Below are positions 52,044 through 61,863 of a stretch of DNA of 64,000 nucleotides, one piece after another. The DNA lies in the NCBI GenBank assembly GCA_052426225.1, contig JBNJNM010000009.1, positions 124,001 through 188,000 on the forward strand, in the 5' to 3' direction. Origin of the DNA: Zancudomyces culisetae HAW-14-8. Its lineage: Eukaryota > Fungi > Kickxellomycota. Every line of letters starts with the position of its first letter. Within the stretch, counting starts at the first letter, position 1. A program made the position numbers and the translations under genes. The notes beneath the pieces are model-generated. The model saw nothing but the letters and a program-made list of their open reading frames with translations, had not been told where the DNA came from and did not search any database.

Positions 52044-54794
52044 TCAAGAATGCCTAAACAATGCAGAGGAAATCCGGTTATCGGCAGTAAACGTGTTTGT
52101 TTCTAAAGAAGATAATGGGGTAGCTGTAGTAGGAGCAGACACTGGAGTCAAGGCAGTTGAATCTATAATTGAAGGAGGAGGGGGAGGTGAAGAAGATGAA
52201 GAGGAGACAGAAGTTGGAATTGAAGAAGTAGTAGTGGCTGGTAGAGGGATGTTCCGTAAGAAATAGGGTAGAATCAATGATTTGACAAAGAAACTAGGTA
52301 GAGGAGAAACAAAATAAGAGTCGAGATTATCGTTTAAAAAGACACCAAGTTTGTTGGTTAGTGAGCAGGTGGCAGCCAAAGCGCGAGCTCGAGATAAAGG
52401 AATCCAAGTTCCGTTTAATAGACTGCCAGATTTTCTCCACTTGAAACGACCAACCTGTAGAGATAAAACTATGTTGCGTTCGTGGTCATTCAAAATGCCG
52501 CCAAGTTGGAGCAAAGTTGTGGCATTTATATAGTCGTTTTCTACTAGGCGCATTAGTGAATAGGTTTGATTGTGATTGTTGGTGTGGTTTTTACTGGAAT
52601 ATGGTTTGTTTAAAACAGTTAGATAGACTGGAACAGACTCAATTATGGTTAGAACAGTATATGGATAAATCGTTGAAGGTTTTAGCGGATGAACTAAAGG
52701 ATAGTTTTTTAAATAATCTTTGAACAATATTGATATATCTTGAGATTGAAAGTTTGTGTTTTTTGGATTTGACCTAATCAGTTTCGCTGTAATAGCTGTA
52801 TCATCCTTGCGTGTATTACCAGGATCACTGCTACTGCCTTTGCTACTTTCGCTGGGTTTCACCGCAGTCAAGGTATGAACAACATTATTGACGCATTCTG
52901 GTCGTTTATTTCCACTATCAGCAATTTCAGGTTTATTAGTGGGAAGATTTTTATTGGTCGATTGGGAAAATCTAGGTAAATCCGCAGCTGACTCATCATT
53001 AGTGGTATTGATCTGAGTATGGGTGTGGGTGTGGGTGTGGGCATGAGTTAGCAAAGTGGCTGCAGCTTGGTGAGCCTTGGTTAAAAACTCTACTCCAACT
53101 ATACATTTTTCTTTATTGTCAAGGTTAAAGGTGACATTGCTATTTTCAGCATTACTAGTATTACAAATTGAATCCATTTCCATGACATCTTGTGAATTGA
53201 CGTCTATTTTTGCTTGAGTCTGTTCATTCCCATCTCCAATCTTTTCTTTTTCCTTTTCTTCTATCCCCTCTTCCTCTTCTTCAGTAGTTGTACAGCCACT
53301 GTCAGTATAGGTGTTTTCAGCTGATAGTAAATTATCCAGCTCAGAAATTGACATTATTTCGTTCCCATCTAGTTCATTACATATATCTGCTGCGCTAGCT
53401 AGTGGTGGGAGGTCTGATGTTTCTAACGTGCAAGTTGAGGCCGTGGAGGAGAGTGGTGATTGTGGAATAGAAAATGCTAGTTTTATTGGTTCTTCTAGAT
53501 TCATTATCAAATCGTTTCCTGACTCGAACGTGCATTCACAACCGTCTTCAGCATTTGGGTTTGGGTTTGGGTTTGGGTTTGGGTTTGAATTTGAACTTGC
53601 GTTTGAATTTGCGTTTGTAGCTGCATTCAAATTCATACCGCATTCTACTTTAGTTTGATTTTCAGCTATACTTTCACTTGCGCTTTTATCTATTCTATCT
53701 TCCATATTTTCAAGTAAACCTTCGCTATAAATATCAGCATCAACATCCGCATCAACATCAGCATCAGTATTAACATCAGCATCAGCATCAGCATCAGTAT
53801 CGTTATCGTTATCGTTATCGTTATCTGTCTCAGTATCAATACCATTGATAATATTGCTTTCACTCTCGTCTTTATCTGTTTGCTCATCGTGGAATAATAT
53901 CATTTCATTGTCACTGCTTGTACACTCCCGCCTGGCGTTTTTAATCTTCCCAAACGTATTAGTAGTATCTACAAGCTCTACAAGTTCTACAGTATCTACA
54001 GTATCTATAGTATCTATAGTATCTATAGTATTTACAACGTCCATAGAGTATACAAAATTTCCGCCTCGAATCTTACCACCACTAGGAATATTCGATGTTC
54101 GTCGTGGTGTTCTATCAATACTCTCTTCATTTTCCGACTCTTCAGATTGTATAAAATCAAGTTTTCTCTTTTTTTCTTGCCGGTTTTCCGCTCCCTCATC
54201 CATTATTATATAATAGAGTATTTTTCTTGGGTTCCCATCCTTATAATACCGACCTAAAATCTTACTTTCATCCCCGCTTCTTTTGAAATGCTGTGATATT
54301 CGTGATGATACTGTAGCAAATGGTGTAGCTCCTCCCAATAATGTAAGTTTGTTTGCTATGATTGTATTTGCCAGTTCCTTCGGTGAACTCGGCCTGTTTC
54401 CATTCAAATCAAGTGCTGCTAGTATTGCCATAAACACCTTGTCTCTAATATCTTCGCGACATAATCGCTTGAGTAGTTTGTTTCCGATACTACAACTTTT
54501 GTATTTTGTCATTATTTGTTTCTTGTTTTCTTTGGATCCTATAACCACCTCTTGTACACTTTTCTTTTCCTCTTCATTTTCATTTTCATTGCTCTTTTCG
54601 TCACCATTTTCAACTCCCATGCAACTATCTTTTCTTTCAACATCTTTTACCTTTTCCTTTTCCTTTTCCTTTTCCTTCTCCTTTCTTTCTTTCAAGTTAC
54701 TCTTCGCCATCATATTCTTCTCAAATATCGATTCGTTTCGATCTATTTCTTTTCCCTTATATACTATTTTCCTTTTCCCTGTCCTACTACTCAT
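52044..54794 (-). CDS. Putative DNA-binding protein: Gds1/HARE-HTH-like winged helix, acidic low-complexity linker, KilA-N/APSES-like domain
   Basis: N-terminal DKVFMAILAAL..GNRPSSPKELANTI..LTLLGGATPFATVSSRISQHFKR; C-terminal LMRLVENDYINATTLL..GTWIPLSRARALA. The start is uncertain (ATG 54794; an upstream exon is possible). Confidence 0.75.
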   Translation of the reverse strand: MSSRTGKRKIVYKGKEIDRNESIFEKNMMAKSNLKERKEKEKEKEKEKVKDVERKDSCMGVENGDEKSNENENEEEKKSVQEVVIGSKENKKQIMTKYKSCSIGNKLLKRLCREDIRDKVFMAILAALDLNGNRPSSPKELANTIIANKLTLLGGATPFATVSSRISQHFKRSGDESKILGRYYKDGNPRKILYYIIMDEGAENRQEKKRKLDFIQSEESENEESIDRTPRRTSNIPSGGKIRGGNFVYSMDVVNTIDTIDTIDTVDTVELVELVDTTNTFGKIKNARRECTSSDNEMILFHDEQTDKDESESNIINGIDTETDNDNDNDNDTDADADADVNTDADVDADVDADIYSEGLLENMEDRIDKSASESIAENQTKVECGMNLNAATNANSNASSNSNPNPNPNPNPNAEDGCECTFESGNDLIMNLEEPIKLAFSIPQSPLSSTASTCTLETSDLPPLASAADICNELDGNEIMSISELDNLLSAENTYTDSGCTTTEEEEEGIEEKEKEKIGDGNEQTQAKIDVNSQDVMEMDSICNTSNAENSNVTFNLDNKEKCIVGVEFLTKAHQAAATLLTHAHTHTHTHTQINTTNDESAADLPRFSQSTNKNLPTNKPEIADSGNKRPECVNNVVHTLTAVKPSESSKGSSSDPGNTRKDDTAITAKLIRSNPKNTNFQSQDISILFKDYLKNYPLVHPLKPSTIYPYTVLTIIESVPVYLTVLNKPYSSKNHTNNHNQTYSLMRLVENDYINATTLLQLGGILNDHERNIVLSLQVGRFKWRKSGSLLNGTWIPLSRARALAATCSLTNKLGVFLNDNLDSYFVSPLPSFFVKSLILPYFLRNIPLPATTTSSIPTSVSSSSSSPPPPPSIIDSTALTPVSAPTTATPLSSLETNTFTADNRISSALFRHS

Positions 54795-57700
54795 TTTTCT
54801 CACCTTTATCTTCCATTTACCCTAAAACTCGTCTAACTCGTACCTTTATAGTATGATGTTTATCTATACCTATTGTATTTACTTTTTTTCTTCACTTGTA
54901 AAACTCAAAAAAGCTACAATAGTACTCTTTCTTTTTCTTTTCTTGTTATATAAGACTTGTGTTTGATAGTTTATTCGACCCTTTCCTTTATATTAGCGTC
55001 CTAATATTCGTCTAGCTTGATGCCGGTTCGATTATATTCTGCCTGTGGTATTATACTTTATTGAATATACTATCAAAAATATCGCTAAAGTTGTCCCTTC
55101 TCTTTTTCGCTTTAAAAAAACGCTTTAAAATTGTTTTATCCCACCCCTCTTGTACTTAATATTTCTTTACTCTTTAATATTTACTCTAGTTTGACCAAAG
55201 TCCCAAGGTTAAATAAAAGATATAAAAAAAAGGAGGGGGAGAAAAAAAAGCGACGTGATAAACTAAACCCTGTTGTTCTAATAGTGCTGTGCAGTTATTT
55301 TGCTGATTTTTAGCCTGGTACTTTCACCGTTAATATGGTACAATATGCCTTCGATTTGAAATGTAAAAGGTTTCTATGATCTCACAAATAGCTTCAATAT
55401 ACAAAACCAATACGTTCCCTTTATAATATCTATTTTATAAACATGATATATTAAACAAAATAAAAAACAAAGGCCAAGCGAAATATTATAAATATCTTCT
55501 ACATTTATTTTTTCTAAAATTTATTTTATTCTCGTGCTTTTTTTGGTTGCTATTAATTGATTTTACTAGGAAATAATTTGCGCTTTTTAGGATTTTCAAA
55601 AAATAAAATATATTAAATAACCCTATTCTGAGAAATTTACTAAAAAGTAAATAGTATTAATTAGCTATTTTGGAATACTCTTATTATTATTTTACATTAT
55701 TACTTTTTTTGCTCCTATAATCCTGCGAAAAAAATTTTTTTTTTTGTATTAGTTCTTATAGCTCTTACAAATAAAACCATTGTAATTTCCCTAGTTTTCA
55801 AACTGCACTCCATAAAACACACTAAAATATTTTTTTAATATTATACAAGGTGCTTCAATGGAATGAGTGCAACAATGGAAAACGCAAGCACAAGTGGGGG
55901 GGAGGAAGCAGGGAAAATATTGGGTAAACAAGGAACAGGAATGAGTACATTATGCTCCCTCACCTCCCCCCCTTACACCAAGCTCCGTGTCTTTTGGACC
56001 CTACCTTCCAGTTGGTGTTTCTGGATAAACATCTCAGACCTTTTTTTTTCATCATCTGGCTCGATTTTGCCCACTATTACATTTTGAATTGTGGTTAAAA
56101 ATTCAACAGGAAAAAAATTATGAAAAAACACTTTTCATGCCCTGTTACCTAAAATATGTACCATTTTTTATCACTAATGGCTGAAAACAATTCTTTATTA
56201 TTAATTCAAATGTAAGACCATTAACCTTTTCCACATGTATTTTGACGACCATTTATAATTTTCTGCTTATCCTCACTTCTTGCAAAAACATGCTCTTCAG
56301 TATCCCTTAATGTTTTTATTTTCAATGTACTGATTTGATAGTTTAAAGAAGTAACCAATCACAAATTAATAAAATTATCTTGAAGTGAACACCAATGCTT
56401 TACAAAAAAAAAAGTGCTTGAGTTATTGCTCACTTTATATTTTCTTGACATTTCTTAGTATTCATCAGGAACTTGCGGATTCATAAACCACTTGGAATTC
56501 AGATTCAGATTAGCGTTTAGTTGCTGCTATTGGTTTGTTTATATTTCTTTTTTCACTTTTGTTTGTAAAAGTTTAACGCTAAAACGTAAAATTAAAAAAA
56601 TATTATGCAAATTTTAATTGCAAAAAAATAATGCATTCGCAGCGTAATCTTGCCTATTTACTTGTAAATGGTTTTTGTTAAATGATCTCCATCAAAATGC
56701 TAGTTAAAGTTTGGAACAAATCGACTATTGTTTGGATATAGATTTTCAATTTCCAAATCGAAGAGCTCATATTGGAAAAATTAATTTACATAAACAAAAA
56801 AACTAATTTTTTTTTAAAAAAAGAACTTTTAGTATTGAATACATATTTAGCAGTCTATAATTTAAGAGCTAAAATGTTTACAAGACTAAGGGAAGAAATA
56901 AATGATGGGAAAGGAATGAGAAAAAAATAGAAAAATTCCACAGTTCTTCGTGTCTTTGAAAAGGAGAATGCAAAATAAATGCCGTGTTGGTTAGTTGTAA
57001 GATATTATTGTGCTTTTCAACCAAGCAGTACCAGGTCAATATTTTAGTATGATATATTAAAGTTCAAAACCAGGAAAGAAATAAAAAATTGAAAATTGAA
57101 AATACGAATTTCCGCTTCCTCCCCTCCACCTTATCAAACAATTTCAGTTCAGCATACAATCCAAGCTAAGCCCTAACATAAACTTTCCATTTAGTTGTTA
57201 CTTGAAAGTGATTGCCAAAACGAATTTGTAATAAAGTTGAGCATCGTGAAATAACAAATCACAAATCGTATACAACATATTTTAGCTAATGTTTTTTTTG
57301 CTCAAATTAAAGTATTAAAGAGTGGCGGAAATAAATATGGTGGTAGAAAACGGAGGATGAAGGATGGAGATAAGAGTAAAATTGATTAATACTAAAGAAT
57401 TCAAGAATACTCTGTTCAGCTCAATAATGGAAAACCAGTTGTGGTGTTGATTTCCCCAAATACCTAGCGACTTCACTGTATTTGCAAAGATGTTCATATT
57501 ATTTAATCATCTTAATTTTAATTAAGCGCATAAAACGCCACTTTGTTAGTAGCAACCAATCATTCTCGTGGATTAGAAAATAAATCTTTAAAGCATTTTT
57601 ATAAAGCCCATAAAATTGCAGGAAAGAACTAGAAAGTATGAGTTAAATTGATTTATTAGACATGCTAAAATAAATTTATATATATCTTTCTTTGATAAAC

Positions 57701-58198
57701 AAACTTAAAATTTACATTATTTATAATCAAATGCTAAAAAAAAAGTTAAACTCCAAAGTAGCATCAATATAAATATATTTTTTTAAAGTTGGTTAAAAAA
57801 TGTCATATAGTAAACCAAGACATACCTTGAAACAGTTTAGTTTAGTAATCATATGTTTTTAATTAGTATTATGATTTTTATTACAAGTTTTAAACAGTAT
57901 ATACAAATTTATGCTTTAACTTTCAGTAGTAAAGTTTATGTATCTTTGTATAGTTTTAATAGTATTTTTTAAGTTAGCAGTAAAAGTATATAAGTGCAGG
58001 GAAATAGCACTAAATAAAACACATCTTTAATCCAAATAAATAGTAGTAATAAGTTCTTTTATTCAGTATACTAATATTCAATAGTTAATAATAACAATAT
58101 TAACGGATATTTGATATAGTAAGAGAATAGGATAAAGTTCAAGTATATTTTAAGTTATTAAAAGTTTAAGTTAAAATAAAAATATAACAAAAAATATC

Positions 58199-58960
58199 TG
58201 TCGCATTATTAACAATTTGTACAATAGCACGTGGATGTGCCTGAAAATGGTACACTCAGTGCGAAAATGCAAATTCATTTTTGTTTACTTTTTTTAAATA
58301 AAATAATTTTGAGCTCAGTATGCAATCAATTTTTCATACTGAGCTAGTTCAATAATGATGAATGTAAAATGTAAAATGATCCCATGCATTTTACATTTAT
58401 CATTAATAACAAGCAAATTAGTAATAATATTATAACAATAGTCATATTTTAGTATTTAGTTTTTATATAGTGGTTTAACATTCGAATAGTATATTTAAGG
58501 AGACGTATGGATGACATATGAAAACATCATCCATGTCTCGATACGGAATACTATAATAAAATAATTAAATAAAATCAAATATAAACCAAAAGATAAATTA
58601 GCAATAATGTTTTTAAACAGTTGGATTGGAACCGAATGTGACTCCAGGAGGGAGTCACACACTTCTACCAGCATGAGCAGGGGCAGCAGCATGGATCAGG
58701 ATGCAGGGGTATTAAGTCCCCGCACCCTTGGTGAGTTGACAGAAAGTGTCCGTCAACTCCAGATCCGTAGGAGCCCGGAAGAAATGTCGGTGAGTACAAT
58801 TTCACCGACACTGTACAGGGGTATTAGCTCACCCGAGCACCCCTCGATGCACATTGCATTACGCAATAGAAGTGCATCAACCATCAGTGATCGTACCAGA
58901 ACCGGTATAACACGTGATGGTAGCGCTAATGGAAGTAGTGATACTTCACATTATGCGACA
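58199..58960 (+). repeat. 5' LTR (762 bp)
   Basis: Identical by eye to 61099-61860 (offset 2900); 8-bp terminal inverted repeats, TG..CA ends. Confidence 0.96.
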
Positions 58961-61087
58961 TGGCGTCAGCGACAGGATCATCATTCTACTGATGATCACA
59001 TGGATAGAAGACCGATGAGTGCAAGCCCGGAATTGTATGAATCACCAGCACTGTACTTCTCACCTAGAAGTTCTGATAGTGCGAGAACACCGTCACCACC
59101 TAGTCCCACGACGGCACAAGTTGCGAAAAGATTGTTTGTAAGCGGGGTTAATAAAATAAAGGAGTACGCACCGAAAACCATTGAAATTTTTAATTTTGAT
59201 ACTGCACCAGGAAAACAAAAAGAAAATACTAAAACAGAAGCGAGTACCAGCAAAATAAGACAACAAGTAATAGGGAGTAAATCAGCTAAAGAAGTGTTGG
59301 AATCAAACGTGAAGGCTACTCAGGAGCGAATGAGGAAAGGTCAAGATAACAATGCACCAGGTTGGTTACCAGTACCACCGGCACCGTTTAGCAATTCATG
59401 GGATCAAGATCCCGAGGAGTTTTTGAATAAGTTTTGCAAACATGTGAACTCATTGGAGCAGATTTTAACATTAGAGGAAACTTACCAGTACTTGGAAACT
59501 TTGTTGGAAGGCTCGATAAAGAAAACTTTAATGGATCTTATGGTTATAGAAGACAACTGGGAAGATTATTGCAAAATGTTTATAAACACTTGCAATAAAT
59601 ACAGGGATACTTCGGAGGCACGGAAACAGTTTGAAAAGTACAATTTATATATTAATAACCCAATAACAACTTTTGCAGATTTAAAGAGATTATTTAAAAA
59701 TATGAAAGTTGATGACGAAACTAAAATGACAGAAGAAGTTTTTAAAAAACTAAACCCGTCGGATAAACAGCATTTAAGGAATAATAAGGAAAGTATTACC
59801 ATGAAGTCAATGTTAAAATATATGTTACAACGTGAGGAAGATATATTGGAATCGAAAAAGGCTCAGGGAAAAATAAATACAAAATCAGATAATAACAAAA
59901 ATACTAAAATTACAAATACATATAAAAAACATTTTGAGAATAACACTATTCAGAATGGTAACAAAAGTGATTATTATAACAGTGAAGAGCAGGATAATAA
60001 CCAGTTTAAAATTAGAGGGTTAACAAGGAAAATATCGGAAGATAAATACGAAACTCCAACCAAAGCAGGGAAACAGCAGCGGTCAGACATTAGTAAGGTA
60101 AAGTGCTATAAGTGTCAACAATACGGACATTATGCTAATAACTGTTCGACAGAGCTGGAAGACATAGAGATGAGAACAGCAACACCAATAAAGAGAATTG
60201 AGGATAACCCGAAGGAAATAAATTGGGTCGAAGTACAAGAAGGAACCAATGAACATCCCATATACACCCAGGACGAATTAAGCACCAAGATAAATGCTAT
60301 CATAGGCAAAGTAAAAATTAACGGCAATGAAACCAGTTTTCAATACGACAGCGGAGCTGCCACAAACTTGATGAGTCACACCATGGCAGAAACTCTTGGA
60401 TTAGGGATAGGAGAAGAAACAGATACTACTTTAGTAGGAATAGGAGGACACCAGTCTAAGCCAAAGTATTACCCATCAGTGAAGTTAAATTTTGATACGT
60501 TTACACTAAATGCACCTATATATTCTATAGAAAATGGAAAACCAAACTTACTGTTGTTAGGAGTTGACTTAATTGCAAGCTTGAAAGCTAACATAAATTT
60601 GAAAGACAACCTGATAACCTGCACAATAAAAGGGATAAATCATAAAATACCGATAGCTTTAAGAAAGGAGGATTCGAGCGTAATCAAGGAAAACGAAAAA
60701 ATTTGTAACACTGTTGAAGTTTTGGCCAAAACGAACCCAAAGTCTAGTAAGAAAAAGATTGGGAAAACTACAAAACATAACTATTACAATAATGAAATGG
60801 AACTTACCGACTGGAAAAATTCAGGAGAGAAAACCATGATTCAGGACCATAATTGTAAAAATTCGAAATCTAACAAAGTTACAAAGGTCAAATGTGAAAA
60901 CAGTATACTGGAAAATTTTAAAATTAAGGACCTACAATTAAAATCTAAAAATATAAATGAAAACGAAAATGAAAATTGGAAATTTGAACATGATACAAAA
61001 GACAAATGCATATCAAGAGACCTAACCGAAAACAAAAAAATAAAACAACCAACGACAGTTCCAATGATCGAGGACGATCAGACTTAA
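58607..61087 (+). CDS. Retrotransposon Gag-aspartyl protease polyprotein (826 aa), no RT/RNase H/integrase
   Basis: Capsid-like PAPFSNSWDQDPEEFLNKF, CCHC knuckle CYKCQQYGHYANNC (60104-60145), protease FQYDSGAATNLMS (DSG at 60347) with LLLGVDLI. The stop codon abuts the PPT. The true start Met is uncertain. Confidence 0.9.
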   Translation: MFLNSWIGTECDSRRESHTSTSMSRGSSMDQDAGVLSPRTLGELTESVRQLQIRRSPEEMSVSTISPTLYRGISSPEHPSMHIALRNRSASTISDRTRTGITRDGSANGSSDTSHYATWRQRQDHHSTDDHMDRRPMSASPELYESPALYFSPRSSDSARTPSPPSPTTAQVAKRLFVSGVNKIKEYAPKTIEIFNFDTAPGKQKENTKTEASTSKIRQQVIGSKSAKEVLESNVKATQERMRKGQDNNAPGWLPVPPAPFSNSWDQDPEEFLNKFCKHVNSLEQILTLEETYQYLETLLEGSIKKTLMDLMVIEDNWEDYCKMFINTCNKYRDTSEARKQFEKYNLYINNPITTFADLKRLFKNMKVDDETKMTEEVFKKLNPSDKQHLRNNKESITMKSMLKYMLQREEDILESKKAQGKINTKSDNNKNTKITNTYKKHFENNTIQNGNKSDYYNSEEQDNNQFKIRGLTRKISEDKYETPTKAGKQQRSDISKVKCYKCQQYGHYANNCSTELEDIEMRTATPIKRIEDNPKEINWVEVQEGTNEHPIYTQDELSTKINAIIGKVKINGNETSFQYDSGAATNLMSHTMAETLGLGIGEETDTTLVGIGGHQSKPKYYPSVKLNFDTFTLNAPIYSIENGKPNLLLLGVDLIASLKANINLKDNLITCTIKGINHKIPIALRKEDSSVIKENEKICNTVEVLAKTNPKSSKKKIGKTTKHNYYNNEMELTDWKNSGEKTMIQDHNCKNSKSNKVTKVKCENSILENFKIKDLQLKSKNINENENENWKFEHDTKDKCISRDLTENKKIKQPTTVPMIEDDQT
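58961..58978 (+). other. Primer-binding site TGGCGTCAGCGACAGGAT (tRNA 3' end complement, probably tRNA-Ser)
   Basis: The reverse complement ATCCTGTCGCTGACG-CCA has the layout T-stem strand + acceptor strand + G73 + CCA and sits directly after the 5' LTR. Confidence 0.85.
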
Positions 61088-61098
61088 AAGGGGAGGAA
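61086..61098 (+). other. Polypurine tract AAAAGGGGAGGAA
   Basis: 13 purines immediately 5' of the 3' LTR. Confidence 0.9.
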
Positions 61099-61860
61099 TG
61101 TCGCATTATTAACAATTTGTACAATAGCACGTGGATGTGCCTGAAAATGGTACACTCAGTGCGAAAATGCAAATTCATTTTTGTTTACTTTTTTTAAATA
61201 AAATAATTTTGAGCTCAGTATGCAATCAATTTTTCATACTGAGCTAGTTCAATAATGATGAATGTAAAATGTAAAATGATCCCATGCATTTTACATTTAT
61301 CATTAATAACAAGCAAATTAGTAATAATATTATAACAATAGTCATATTTTAGTATTTAGTTTTTATATAGTGGTTTAACATTCGAATAGTATATTTAAGG
61401 AGACGTATGGATGACATATGAAAACATCATCCATGTCTCGATACGGAATACTATAATAAAATAATTAAATAAAATCAAATATAAACCAAAAGATAAATTA
61501 GCAATAATGTTTTTAAACAGTTGGATTGGAACCGAATGTGACTCCAGGAGGGAGTCACACACTTCTACCAGCATGAGCAGGGGCAGCAGCATGGATCAGG
61601 ATGCAGGGGTATTAAGTCCCCGCACCCTTGGTGAGTTGACAGAAAGTGTCCGTCAACTCCAGATCCGTAGGAGCCCGGAAGAAATGTCGGTGAGTACAAT
61701 TTCACCGACACTGTACAGGGGTATTAGCTCACCCGAGCACCCCTCGATGCACATTGCATTACGCAATAGAAGTGCATCAACCATCAGTGATCGTACCAGA
61801 ACCGGTATAACACGTGATGGTAGCGCTAATGGAAGTAGTGATACTTCACATTATGCGACA
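61099..61860 (+). repeat. 3' LTR (762 bp)
   Basis: Copy of 58199-58960; ends 3 nt before the mature tRNA-Tyr. Confidence 0.96.
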
Positions 61861-61863
61861 TAT

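Larger units (their letters stand above)
58199..61860 (+). mobile_element. Non-autonomous Ty3/gypsy-like LTR retroelement (Gag-protease only), 3662 bp, inserted at the 5' end of tRNA-Tyr
   Basis: 762-bp direct repeats 58199-58960 and 61099-61860 with TGTCGCAT...ATGCGACA termini. TSD TATC at 58195-58198 and 61861-61864; PBS at 58961; PPT 61086-61098; gag-PR ORF. Confidence 0.95.

Noticed and set aside
58495-58692. Duplicated minus-strand 65-aa ORF (also 61395-61592)
   Set aside because: It is duplicated only because it lies in the LTRs; it has no recognisable motif.
58300-59000. Regularly spaced hairpins as a CRISPR-like or attC-like array
   Set aside because: The stems share no common repeat sequence, there are no cas or integrase genes, and the region is an LTR in a eukaryotic genome.
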